A stretch of 64,000 nucleotides of DNA, from NCBI RefSeq assembly GCF_037042905.1, contig NC_087251.1, positions 21,080,001 through 21,144,000 on the forward strand, written 5' to 3'. The DNA comes from Lytechinus pictus. Its lineage: Eukaryota. The notes under the pieces were generated by a model. The model ran no database searches and was not told where the DNA came from. It worked only from the letters and a program-made list of their open reading frames with translations. Position numbers and translations under genes: made by a program. Below, piece after piece: positions 1 through 12,942 of this stretch; within the stretch, counting starts at the first letter, position 1, and each line of letters begins with the position of its first letter.

Positions 1-411
1 CTCCACATACCAGATTTCAATTCATAAACAAGAACAAGTTTGATAAGAAGGGGAAAAAAGATCTGATGAGATTGGTGTGAGCGGGTGGATAGCTTTTACG
101 CGGACACCGCCACGGGCTACGTGCAGATTACAATTCATATCACCCGCATGTCCGATAAAATAGAGGGGATGGAATAGCTTAAAGGAGGAGAGAGATGCTC
201 TTAAATGTTTGACCGTGACATACTTAAGAAAGATTTGCAGGTCCTTCAATCCATTCTAGATAACAAGGGCAGCGTACTTTACCCTGGAAGTACAAGATAT
301 GTTGTTCTCTTTGTCTTATTAACTCCATATAAAGATGATTGTGGTAACATAAACCAGACAAGTGTGCTAGATTCCGAACAGAAATATAGTCCTTTCAAAG
401 TGACAACCTAG
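1..411 (-). pseudogene. Decayed non-LTR retrotransposon (L2/CR1/Crack-type) ORF2 C-terminal fragment
   Basis: Minus-strand translation of ~379-281 reads SESSTLVWFMLPQSSLYGVNKTKRTTYLVLPG*S. This resembles the CR1/L2 ORF2 pattern LEYA.PVW...LPQ.....ERVQKRA.RII.PG.SY. Further 3' is FFPLLIKL, resembling SFFPRTI.LWN. Stops and frameshifts present. Confidence 0.5.
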
Positions 412-549
412 GGTACAAAGAAACCGCTAGTTCATATCGTCATCACCAACACCATTAATACTGTGAAACACTAAGCTCTTAAGTGGTTTGAAAAGTATGA
501 ACTTAAACAAAAAGGAAACTTCAATTGTATTTTTCGGAGACATCTCTTT

Positions 550-1776
550 CAGTGTAGTAAAATCACGCGAAATCGTCATTACGCAAACATGTAATAAAAT
601 GAGGTCACCACAGTGAATCGATAACAGCGAGAGCGCTGCACATTGCCAACGGTTCACAGAGATTTGCACGCAAACCTATGAGAAACAAGCGAGAGCGAAC
701 GATTCCACGAGCTCTTCCCCCTTCTTTCCCTTCCCGGCGATTTGTCCCAAAACAAAAGGATTTCCGCAAACTACGATACTTTGTTTTTCAACTTTATTAG
801 CATCCGATCTATCCATGCCGATTAGATTTTTACCGTGCCATTTTGTTATAAATTAGCAAAAGAACATGTAAATCAGTTTTGCAAAGCTGAATAAAACGAC
901 TGGTAGGCGTTTATGACAGCCGTCATTCACGTAAACTTTTGTATCCGATATGTGAACTTTCATTCTACACGTAGTGTACTGGTATGTACACAATGTCGTA
1001 CTACTACAGTGATATTGAAGGTTATTTGCGTTAGTATTAATATTCAGAGGTGATAGAAACGGGAGCATAAGATCGACATGTACAATAAAAACCAGTAAAA
1101 ACTATATAAAAATTATGAGTCCTTGATGCAGTTCACTGACACAGTGAAGGAATTATCAGGATCATCAATTACAAAACAGATGAACATGAACTTACATGAC
1201 TTGTCCAATATCACATGAATCATAATATCCCTTATTTTTCCTTTGGCTTTATAATGATTGTTAAGTGCAGAAAAGGGGGAAACGGTGACTATTTTAACTG
1301 GTACTGGCCCTGGCTGGTTGGTCCCGTAGTCAGTTAGCATGCATGTTTTGTAGGCCTACATTCACAATGATCACGCTGGTCAGAGAACAATTTCCCTCAT
1401 TCCTCTCAATTCTCTCTTATCATGTTTATCATTACATGTATCATGTGTATACCAGGGAGATGTGGTTTGGTGTGTGCATGAAGCTACTAAGTGGTGTGTG
1501 CATGCAAGGAAAGATACCTGAGGTATAGGCCTTATAGTTTGTGTGTAAGTTCATTGAGCATGTTGGGTCGGCTCTTCGGTCAAGAGCGCGGGTGCTGTGT
1601 GCATCATCGCACGGTGCAAGCTTCTGTGTCAAGTACGCGCGAAACGACTAATAACAGGCTACAAAAATCACTCGACCATGCTGCCGCTCTGCGAATTCGG
1701 TGTGCGAAGATTACGTAACTTTCACCGAAATTAACGCTACACCGTAATGACGATTTCGTGTTATTTTACTACACTG
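550..1776. mobile_element. Non-autonomous DNA transposon, 34-bp TIRs, 5-bp TSD (hAT5-like)
   Basis: Left end CAGTGTAGTAAAATCACGCGAAATCGTCATTACG (550-583) matches the reverse complement of 1743-1776 (CAGTGTAGTAAAATAACACGAAATCGTCATTACG) with 2 mismatches. TCTTT at 545-549 and 1777-1781. No internal transposase ORF. Confidence 0.85.
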
Positions 1777-1794
1777 TCTTTAGGCCAGACTCCA

Positions 1795-1961
1795 CACTGT
1801 AAAAAAATGAAGTGCTAATTTAGCACTTACAGTGCTTGTATAGTGACTGCACTACGAGTGCTGATTTTCTAGTTTAAATTTGTACTCGAAAATCAGCACT
1901 CGTAGTGTAGTCACTATACAAGCACTGTAAGTGCTAAATTAGCACTTAATTTATTACAGTG
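1795..1961. mobile_element. Palindromic CACT...AGTG MITE (CACTA/EnSpm-like), AGCACT-motif family
   Basis: Near-perfect 167-bp palindrome CACTGTAA...TTACAGTG, internal AGTGCT/AGCACT reiterations, flanked by CA/CA (2-bp TSD). Confidence 0.9.
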
Positions 1962-4204
1962 CAGTTTTATTTTTCCACAGTAATACGATGAAGAAATAAC
2001 TATCAAAAGTACCATCTTTGGAACCTTATCACTCGCTCTAATGAAATATGCCTAGATTGTGGAAAGATTTCGTGTAGCAGATTTTTTTTTGGTCACTGAT
2101 TTCGATAGCAATGAGAACTTTAGCTAAGAAATAATCCACCCAAGACTATCACACTTGTTCAACATAATTATAACTATAATATATCATCTGAAAACATGAT
2201 TACTATTCTAGTCAAAGTTGACGTCAGAGTGACGAAAAATTACAGTTGCTCGGAGTATGACAATTACTTTTAAACCAATACTTTTGAAGGTGTTGAGGAT
2301 ATTGTTATCGTGTAAAGTATAGATTTCTTTGCAAATACTGCCTCTGTACTAACTCTAAAAATATGAATAACGATATTTTGATTTAATCTCATGGAACACA
2401 ACAGAGTCTAGACTGAAATCAATATATTTTAAAAATAAATCAATGATTATTATGGAGGTGTAATCATTGTGTAATCTTTGCAAAGCATTGAGGTAAATTC
2501 TAAATGAAACGCTATATAATAAAAGGAATCGATTAGTATGCACATAATTGTATATTAGCTTTTTTAATTGTCACAATCCACATTGAAAACCAAGGGGAAA
2601 TTCAGGAACTCTTAAATCTAAATGTATATAAATCTAATCTCAAGTGCACATTGAAATTCATGTGGTATGTGTACTTACTTTTCTCTATCAATTACAATAG
2701 ATATTAGAAAATGGCGATTTCGTTTCTTTAATGGAACATACATAGCCTACCTAGGACATCAGATGCGAGAAGATTAGAATATCCACGAAGCATTAGACTA
2801 CACACAATTTCGTTACGAAAACTAGCTGCATTCTAGTCAAAGTGAGTTACGAAAGGATCCCCACAAGAAAACACTCTCTGGTAGCATTCATGACACTTTA
2901 CACGAATGTAGACACTTATTTGGCGCTGGCTTGACGATGAACCCAAGATCAAAGTTAATCAGGTTACTTGTACCTGGATTTTTGTACTACTAAAAATTGT
3001 TCGAAAAAAAAAGTAGAAGAAATGACTGTGCAATACAAATCAGTCAAAATGTGACTAAATTTTATTTTTTTCACAACCTGAAAAAGAAGACGGTTAAAAA
3101 CAGGTGTTAATTGAATCTCTCTATTTGGCATCATTGATCACACGTGATTTTATCATCAAGTGGGACGAGGGTAGTTATGATTCTTATGACACCTGTACCC
3201 TAATGACGTCATACAAATAAAACAAATCGTTAATGCGAGCAGGGAAAATCAAATTTTGCAATTAAGTTAGGGGCTGCGCAAGCGAAAGCAAGGCACGAAG
3301 TCAACCATCATTGTTCAAATAAGAGGCAAACTTTTCTGAAGATATAAGCATTGCACCATGCAGTCTGTATTAGCACTATTACAATTTTTGTCAACAACAA
3401 TCATTCAAATAAAACACTTTTTAACACTTATCACATAAAGATCCGATATTAGATTTTCAGTTACGATGCCTTATACCTTGTAATAATCAAGTAACAATGA
3501 CCTTTTTTGTCTAGTTATAATGGCCACAGCGCATAAGCCTTTTTAATTAGATATTTATGGCCACAAATTCGTGGTAACTACCATGGTAATCATCAGTTTC
3601 TTCATGGTAGTTAATTCTGAATAAAAAGTAACAGTAGTAGGTAAGGAAAATATTAATTTAATGGGAGATTATCAAACAAATTTAGCGTCTAATAATCTGT
3701 CAGCTTTGTTTTAAAAAGAAGCTAAACGACAAGCTAAAGTAAATGAACATTTTAAAATAATTATCTGTATACATGTTGATAAATCATAAACGAGATATCT
3801 CACATAGCGGCGAATGCTTACGAACGTTGCGAATTTTTTGACGAGTGTTGCAAGCTCTTATGAAAGTTTGTTTGTAAACTCAAAATTTATTTGCGAACTG
3901 CTTCAAAATGGAAAAAAAACGCACATTTTTTAATCAGCGTGTTGGGTTTATACAGTTGCCATGTTGTCATAATTGGTCGCTTGCATATTTGCGAAACGAA
4001 AATAAATTCAGTGACACAGAAAAAATAATCCTATAAATTCATTCCAAAATACTCCAAAATACTCAATCAACAGACGGCTAATAAGTTTAAACAATTTTAA
4101 TCATATAAGGTTTGATTATGAAGACAATAATATCTACAATAAAACAAATAGACACAGATTAATAGAGATCAACTGTCTCACGCATGGGGCATAACACATA
4201 TCAT

Positions 4205-4398
4205 CTCTGTGACCTACACGAGCAACAATTTTACTTCATTAATCAAATGGTTCGAAGTTCGAACCCTGGTCGTGTCTATCGTATAGTTGCATTAAAGGTC
4301 GGTCCCAGACGTAAATAATCATATCTAATTTATACACATCTGTGAACAAAATAGAGAAAAAGAAAAAACTCAAACACACACAATCACACAACCACACA
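4205..4398 (+). mobile_element. tRNA-derived SINE with (CA)-rich tail, copy A
   Basis: B-box-like GTTCGAACCC at 4257-4266. Core AAAGGTCGGTCCCAGACGTAAATAATCATATC (4294-4325) is shared with 9755-9783 (inverted) and 22979-23009. CA-rich tail 4371-4398. Confidence 0.55.
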
Positions 4399-6061
4399 GG
4401 CGCGCGCTCATTAAAAAAAAAATGGTCCAATTTATTTGTGCCATTTTACCAATACACGAACTATGTGTGTGTATGAACTTTCTCGAAAGTGGAACAGAGC
4501 AGAGCACTTTGTCAAAAGTCCTCTTATTCGTGTCAAAATATGACACGAAATGTGCCGAAATTACAGTAGGTTATCCATCGATACGGCCACTATGTTTCGG
4601 AATTGGGATCCCTTTCAGGAATATTACAACACTTCAGGTTCTCGTGCTCACTAGTGGGCACTAGTGTGGCCCACGTGTGGATGACGGGAGTGGGGGAGTG
4701 AGGGAGGTGGAGTAGGGGGGGGGGGTCAGAGACTCCAATTTACAAAAAGAAATATTTTTTGTGAAATAATTGTACTTTTCTTTTCAATGATTTCCTTGAA
4801 TATTAAGAATGCTCCTAACTATCAGTTCAAGGAATACCTATCGGATCTCAGTTTTCTCAATTATTTGGCCTCATTTTGTCACTGCCCATCCGCTATTACT
4901 AGTTATACAAAACGGACGATTGAACGATTTTCTATACCGATATTATCAAGAACGATTAACATGAAGAAAATGAATTTTGATTATGAATTTTCCACTGCCT
5001 ACGACATGCTATCAATCATCACAATGTTGAATGTTTTCAGCCCATTAATAGCGAGTAAAAGTCAAAAGATTTGCTTGTTTCTACGCAACCATTTACCAAG
5101 GTCTCTCTTTCTATTCAGATGACAATTAGTACTGAGGATTTCCCCGGGTGAAATAGATGGATTTTCCCTTGAAAGAGCAGGCCAACCCCGGGTATAACCT
5201 TGTAAATGTATTATAGATGAAGCATGGTTTGATTCATTTTAGAATGTTGTGTTTATCATGAGATTTGATATCATGGTCTGTGTAAAAGATTTAAAGTGAT
5301 ATAGATAGAGACAATAATTAAAAATCCAATATTGTTATAGAAGGTAGCTTAGGTATGAATAATTTATTTGGTTAATATAATCTTTAAATATGTTTATTTC
5401 TGTACTTCAGTGCAAACACGTCATGGTCATAAAGAGTCGGACGACGCTCATTGCAATAATACAAGTTATCATAATCATGATGTAATATTTAAAAAGATAA
5501 TGATAATAATACGTATAATATTATGATAGTAAAAATAGCAATGTCGTTAATAACTGTGACAATAAAGAAATAACAACGATGATAGCGATACTTATGGTAA
5601 TAATTCATTGGAAGGAGATCTAAAAATATACAGGTGTATTCAATGGTCTGTGTAAATGGGTAAGAATTGTTACTCGAGATGAATAAAGTTTTGAGTAAAT
5701 ATGGCCCATGTTTTACCAAGAAAGCTGAACAAAAAATATTTATGTTCGATATTTTCCATATAATTTTTGAACCAGTTCTATGGGCTATGTTCATTTTGAC
5801 CCCTTATTCTATCAAGTGCTCACCCGTTTCTAGGCAAACAGGTTCCGTTACTAGGCAGGTCGCTCAGATCTATGACGCAAGCAAGCCAAAATCAAATTTG
5901 GCCTGTCGAGTTTAGCGGAGTAATTTGACATTAACCGTTTCACACTTGACTCACTTTTATTTCACTCTTTCTTTCTAGATTCTCTCAATAGCAATTTCAG
6001 CGAATTCTTGGTTTTAAGAAAGGGGCATGTCGAGGGTGTGAATGGGGACACCGCTGATTAA

Positions 6062-7250
6062 ATGAAAAGCGTTTTAATGAATCTGTTTTTAAGGTGGACA
6101 GATCGGAATCAGAAGGACTACATGTATGAAAGAAGATTGGTAGACCTCTGATCAAAGATGAAATACACCTATTAAATTTGCACAGACCAGGGCACCCTTA
6201 ATGCATACTCAAACGTTAAATTTCGCTCTTATTTCTTAAAAATAAATGGGTATGAACCAATTTTGCCAGTTTTCATATCTTTTTAGATGTCTTAACCCAG
6301 ATGAATAATTTGCATTTTGCCATGCGAAATGGATTTCTCTAATTTGGGATAGAGTATTTCAAAAGTAGGCTATTCTTTACATGAGGGAAGGATCAAATGT
6401 CTTCAAGATCTCGTTCAATATTCCTTTCGCATGATTAACTTCAAATTACTTCCAAGAATGAGAAAAAGTCTTCATATGTTGAGAACGCTACTAGGCGAGC
6501 ATTTTGACTGCGTTTGTAATACCACGTCCCAACAAATATACCGGTTCGTGATTGCACAGAACGATAGCGTTATTTCAAACAGCGCACTATCGGTCGATGA
6601 TGAGGCGGATTCATTTATATGACTGTGGCATAAACTGTACCACACGAGCCTGTGATTGCGACTCTGATCATGATCTTTCAATAAACCTCAAATAATCCTT
6701 AAGATAGAATGCAACAAGGGCAACCTATGACACCCATTAAACATGATACCCCCTCTTGTATAATTGGTATGTCGGCAAGCTTTAATGCGTCTCCCCTGAG
6801 TATTACCACTCGGTTCCTCACAAAGGGATCAAACATTTCCAGAGCTCATGTTTAGCTCCAATTTAGGGTTTTTCTTACTTCCCAAAGAAGATCAAAATAT
6901 CAACATGTCTTAAATAAACAATCATTTTGCATATTCATAATTCATAATCAACTATATGACAAAGAAAAAATATAGGACCTACATATTAAAGACCTGAGAC
7001 CGACTCAAACCAGGGAGAGAACAAAAATGTCTTGTTTTCATGATAACTATGAAAGAAAGATTCAAACAAAAGAATATCGAATATGTTCATTTCGAACACA
7101 CCTTGTCCACTATGAATCCGACTCTCCAAGAAAAGATACTTCCAATACTGTCCAAGGTGATGGCATACAGAGTCATGCTTACAGACAGGGAAAAGCGGAA
7201 TCGGAGATTCTGTATCCATCTTTGAATTATATATTTTAACCTTTTTTACG
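6062..7250 (+). pseudogene. Highly decayed L1/Tx1-type LINE ORF2 3' portion
   Basis: Collinear motif remnants across frameshifts: NLFL.WTDR/IRRT.MYE (~6080-6130), LVDL*SKMK, SLHEGRIKCLQDLVQ (6374-6418), LP.KIKISTCLK...ILH.II..N (~6875-6955). Order matches the post-RT and zf-RVT region of Tx1/L1 ORF2. Eye alignment only. Confidence 0.45.
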
Positions 7251-8762
7251 CTCTTATATTATATCCTAAGATAAATATTTATTCATCGATGCGGTCGATA
7301 TTGAAATATTGACATTTCAGTAAGACGTCAGCTGCGGTAAAATCCTTTAAGTTTCGTATTGGTGATATATTAACTTTGTATTGGTTTATCACACTGTTCT
7401 GGCAGTTTTCAAAATGAATCCAATTTTGGTATGACAGGTGTCAATTTTCAAAGCTTTCCAAATAGTGCTTTCAAAATTTAAACCTTCAGATATAAAGTTA
7501 GGGATAATGAGAGAAGGCATTTATGTACTCCCTGTTTAAGTATGGAGTTTGGCGTCTTTAGAAAAACGTAGTATGCTTTGCAAGAAGATTCATTGTATCC
7601 TTTATGAATACTTGTATCATTTCAAGCCAATCAGAAATCCATGTTTTAAAGTGTAATTTACCTGTTATTGTATGCATGCCACAAATAGTCATTTTTATCC
7701 CCATTAAGTCTCATGACTTGTTTGAAACCAGTCTTATTTTTGCGTAGTCAAATTGTCTCGAAATTGGGTAATCTAGCAGTTGGTCAACCTATGACTTGGA
7801 TTAGCGAACTGAGTGGCATCCGTTGAGAATGACTCAACCAAAGTTACCTATGAAATAAAAATCACTTTGACTCGTAGTAATATTGACTCCCAACTGACGA
7901 CATGTCGAATCAGATTTCACACTAGCCCCTTATAATTTAACACACCAACCCTAATCCACTCTTATTCTGGACTTTCCCCCTTCTCAATATCCATTTATCA
8001 GTATCATTCTATTTCACTCCTCGCCGTCCTTCTCTATAGAACAGGTTCCTAATTAAGATGAACAGTCGTTTGTATTTCTGTCTTTGTTTACTTTAACCGT
8101 ATTGGCGTCACAGTGCAGAGTCAATATACAAAAAAAGGCGAACAACCCACAAGCACTGTTGAAGAATTCCTGCATAAGCATGGCCATTTCGCATATACTC
8201 ACACTGCTGTGAAAATCAGATACCAACTCGTTCGTTTGTTGTAGTAATTATCTGTAAAAGTGGATGAATTAATCTACTGATTTATTTACAGGTGTCGTAG
8301 ATAAGGATCTATAAACAAAATAAGCATTCTATTTTTCAGCAGCAATTTTTTTTAATGTTTGCTTAATAACTTCAACATTGTCCCCTTCATAATTTGAATC
8401 CTTTTTCTGTCTTTGTTATTTTGGATAAAAAAACCTGTAGTTTCAGTGTTTCCGTTATAATACTTAAATGGAAAACCAAATCGAATATAACTAAGGCAAA
8501 TACTTGCTAAATATGGTCTATTATAATAGAACAATTCACTGAAAGTAGTTATCATCCAAATTTTTGCATAAATTACATAAAAAGAGGGTTTTACGATTGT
8601 ATAAATATATTGGTTAGTATAGTGTACTTAGTATTATACTGGAACATTATTTCATTAATGTTTTGAAAATCACATACATGCAGATATAAAATGAATGAGA
8701 TGACGTCAACATGAATATCATTAATTTTATGATTCATTTTGTTTAGTATAGTATTCTTACTT

Positions 8763-9034
8763 GTGGCCCAGTGGTTTAGTCTTCTGACTTTGAAACAGAG
8801 GGTCGTGGGTTCGAATCCCAGCCGTGGCGTAATTTTCTTCGGCAAGAAATGTATCCACATTGTGCTGCACTCAACCCAGGTGAGATGAATGGGTACCCGA
8901 CAGGATTAATTCCTTGAATGCATGAGCGCTGAAAGGCAGCTCGAGCTAAAGCCGGGGTAATAATAATGATAACAACGCGCCTCGGAATAGAATATTTCTA
9001 GATAAATGCCTATTATTATTGTTTTTATTATTAT
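8763..9034 (+). mobile_element. tRNA-derived SINE (tRNA-Gln-like head, conserved body, (TAT)n tail)
   Basis: A-box TGGCCCAGTGG (8764-8774), anticodon-like arm TCTGA-CTTTGAA-ACAGA, B-box GGTTCGAATCC (8808-8818), body motif CACTCAACCCAGGTGAGATGAATGGGTACC, and TAT-repeat tail. No acceptor-stem closure, so not a tRNA gene. Confidence 0.85.
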
Positions 9035-9703
9035 AATTAGCATCAACATTATTCGTATGGTTGTTTGTTCCCATATGAAACATATCTTATCCTATGTTCC
9101 CATAACAAAAAGAAACCCCAGTAAGAACGCACAGTTAAAGATAATCAAACATCCACCCTCCTATTGAATAACGATATAGTTTTCTTTATACACCCAACGC
9201 TTGGCATTGCCTAATGGCTCACTCGAAATGACGATTAAGAAAAAGAGATAACGCAATTCAAAAAAGCATGAAATCAAGCTGTACTCCTCGCCAGAGCTGG
9301 AGGCAGGGAAAAATGCCAGGGGTGTACATCCCATGGGAACGAGATGACGCATCTTTTATGGAGGAATTCCGACACCTTTTCTGTTAATAGCAAAGGGTGG
9401 AATAACCGGAGGACGACACGAAGCAATCTCGCCCTTTCTTGGGACACGGACCAAAAGAGAGGGAAGAGGATGGGGGTTGAGGGGAGTGCAAGCTAAAAAA
9501 AAGTTATTAACGATGACGTCTTGAAAGATGTCGATCTCAAACGTGCATATTCATTTTCTCTGTCTCTGTTGTATTCTCCTAACATGAATCAGATTGTCGT
9601 GGATACTTACATGTCCCATGAATTCACTGTGGATTCGCGTAGTACTTTGAAAAGAAACGACTTTCATTTATAATTGAAAAGTAAACAAGGGCGTTTTGTT
9701 TAT

Positions 9704-9882
9704 GAGTGTGTGTGCGTGCGTATGTGCGGAGATTTTGCAGTAGTATATCAATGCGATATGATTATTTACATCTGTGACCAACCACCATCCGCAATACATG
9801 GAAGAGCAATGTAGATGGATCTCGAACCTTAGATTTTCATGATCTAGTCAGACACTCTTGAACACTAAGCAGCGACACCTCC
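9704..9882 (-). mobile_element. tRNA-derived SINE with (CA)-rich tail, copy B
   Basis: Minus strand: GGAGGTGTCGCTGCTTAGTGTT (degenerate A-box) ... GGTTCGAGATCC (B-box-like), then core GGTTGGTCACAGATGTAAATAATCATATC (9783-9755) matching copy A, then a CA tract (9727-9704). Confidence 0.6.
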
Positions 9883-10032
9883 GTATTAGTGCACCAGCGA
9901 AAAGATTACTATAAAAAAGCGCTAATTGAATGTTAGATCTATATGCATATAATTATATATATATATATATATAAAGACAAGATGGAAAGTTCACATCTAC
10001 TCTGGATAGCCCCGCAATATTGATGCAATATA

Positions 10033-10312
10033 CACACTAAGAAATAAAGGTTCAAAATTGAACTCCGAAAGGTTGATGCAAAATCAGCACCCTATGGGTT
10101 CAAAAATTGAACCCCTGGTTGGGGTCCATTTTTGCACCCTGCGGGTTCAAAACTGCACCCCAAAATTTTAAATTGAACCCCTAGGGGTGCAGTTTTGAAC
10201 CCGCAGGGTGCAAAAATGAACCCCAACCAGGGGTTCGATTTTTGAACCCATAGGGTGCTGATTTTGCATCAACCTTTCAGGGTTCAATTTTTTACCTTTA
10301 TTTCTTAGTGTG
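10033..10312. mobile_element. Palindromic CACTA-like MITE, GGGTTCAA/GGGTGCA-motif family
   Basis: CACACTAAGAAATAAAGG...CCTTTATTTCTTAGTGTG, nearly palindromic over 280 bp, TA on both sides (10031-32, 10313-14), multiple short subterminal motifs. Confidence 0.9.
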
Positions 10313-12848
10313 TAATATTTAGGTCCCACACTGCGCTTGACCAATAATTATTTAATTTAACTTTGTAATAAGATTGTAAATTGACATTTTCAGCCTTATT
10401 GATGATATGATCGATTTTTATATGTGTTTATATCAATATATATTGCCATATAATATATTAACTACTACACCGCGAATATGCGATTACTGACTTCCATTGA
10501 GAGACGTCGAAACCATTGACTTATCTCTATGGTCTACTAATAAGGGAACTTGCCTCTATATTAAGTTTCATTCCCGGCAAAGAACACACACATCCCTACA
10601 CAAGTCAGCTCTGAGGTACTTTTATTTTCTATATTCCACATTCATATTTTCTTTTGATAAAAACAATAAATACTATATAAAATAGATTGAATTTATTTCA
10701 TTACCTATAAAATGACAATAACTACTAACAGGGCTAACTATATTGTTGTTAAACGTTGGGAAAATACCTCTCTATGAAGAAATTATCAACTAATCAGCGT
10801 TTTAAAGCATTGGTGAAATTCTTGTACCCGTCATTATGATTGACCGCAATGTGTTTAAAAAAAAACGACAGTCCAATGGATGCCATGGCGGAAATTCAAG
10901 TCGTTATTGTGGAGTTACATGCAGAGGTTCTATCTTTTGATTCGCACTGGAGCAAGCCTTCAGACATCTCGACCTATATCACCATGAAATCTTTATGCAT
11001 AGCTACGAGCAACAGCCCATCCAATTCACAATTTCTCAATTCATTTCATCTAAAGTCCTAAACCACAAAGGGTTAAGATCCTCACACACTCGTGTAAGCC
11101 GCTACAAACCCCATTTTTAGGAAGTGTCTCCAGGGAAATAGTTTGTTCCAATCTTCGGTTGACGACCGTGGAACGTGGATAGATTTTTTATTGTAATGCC
11201 ATGCAACGAAAGGCCGGTCAGGCGAAACTGTTCAATCGAGTTGAAAAAAAATGTCGAAGGCTAAGCTCTAAGGGTGTGAGAAGAATTTTCAACAAAAGTG
11301 TTCTGGTCAAAAGAAATAAATATGCTATGAAACCGTGTAATAAAGCAGTTTCCGAAAAATTGAGGAACAGATAAGTCACTTACTGACTTATGTGTATTAA
11401 TCAGATACGATTCAAATTAATTATACCACCACTTTCTACTATTCATCTTAATCATGGCTTATAATTTGCCAATTATGTGCCACTTTTCATCATTTCATGA
11501 TGGACACATCAGGCCAAAAGAATCTTTAAAAAAGGAAATGTATAATTGGATAGGAACTCGTAAATTGTTGACGCTCCAAACATTATTTCAATACATTTAG
11601 AAACACTATCATGTAATACATTTAATATGTATTTCAATATGATTAAGAAGAAGTTCCCTGGATAACCTTGATGGTCTGAACACACCATAGTTATTTGTGG
11701 AACACTTCCTTAGCTGTATTAGTTTCATGAACAGTTACTCTTTTTTTTAAGTACTAGTAGTTTGTTTAAATTGTTAGGTGTTTCTAGAAATATAATTCGT
11801 TGCACGTTCATACGACCATAAAAAACAGGTTTAAAAAGTGGGACAAATTTGATACAAGGAAATGTTAATTGGACGTGGTCATGATTGCCAAAGCGGGTGT
11901 ATGTGTTTACAGAGTGTCACCGAAGTTGTTTACAAATGTGTTTCAGGGATTTACAGTGACGGAAAGCTGGTTAGACGATCATTGATCCTATTTGAACACC
12001 TACAATTCAGAATCCTTGTTCTTCTTTTCCTATATCCATCTTCAGGGAAAGTTTACCATAGCTTCCCGCGCGTGCGTATTGAGAATATAATGCAATTTGC
12101 GTCGTTAGATTGTAGTGGACTACTACTTGGACTTCAACTGAACAGAAAAAAAATAAGGAGTAGTTGCCCAAGACTTTCTTATAATAAAGTAAAGCATCTG
12201 CTGCCAGAATTTGCAGGTAAATAGAAAATATCTCCATGTTCAGCTGACTGATAACTTATGAACAGAATGACCGTCATCTTCAATTATGGTCACATGAATA
12301 GTTTGGTATCGCCATGTGTAAATAAGGGATTTCAAACTTTGATATTTCCCTTCACGCAGAATTGGTATTTTTGCTTTGATGATTGGGTATAATCTGTCAT
12401 AGGGGAACCTTATGAAAACAATGCAACTTGTAATAATTATTGTTATTATTACGCTGACCGAAAAAAAAATGCTAATTCGATCATGTGGATGTGCGTGGAG
12501 TATGTATTTGAGGATTTGTGCGTGTGCGTTGTATGTGTCTGTGCGCGAGTTGCCCGTGTCGTGCTTCATACGTGCAACAATAAGAGGAACAATCATTATG
12601 TCACCACATTCGTTGATGAGAGGTTTGACATGTACCTCCGTGACAGGGTTTGTTATGACTGCGTGAGCCCAATCTATATATGGCTAGCCTATCTCTCTAT
12701 CACTCCCACATTGCCAGCCATTCTACTTGTATCAACATTGGTGACAGCATACCTCGAGCTCCAAAAGGTCATGCAGGCGAATCTATCTCCAGGTATTTTC
12801 ACGTATGAGTTGGGATAAACTAAAACACATACACTATTAATGCCAATG

Positions 12849-12890
12849 TATATATATATATTTATTTATATATATATATATATACATATA
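12849..12890. repeat. Interrupted (TA)n microsatellite (others near 9955-9973, 29513-29537, 40948-40968)
   Basis: Direct observation of TA dinucleotide runs. Confidence 0.9.
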
Positions 12891-12942
12891 CATTTGTGTA
12901 GCTTTAAAGATTATCATGCACCACGTTGCCATCCTTCTAGGC

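Noticed and set aside
550-1776. Transib/RAG-like transposon
   Set aside because: The 5-bp TSD fits, but the ends are CAGTGTA rather than a CAC-initiated RSS-like heptamer, and no RAG-like coding remnant is seen.
8763-8830. tRNA-Gln gene
   Set aside because: No acceptor-stem pairing or Pol III terminator at the expected place; continues into a SINE body and tail.
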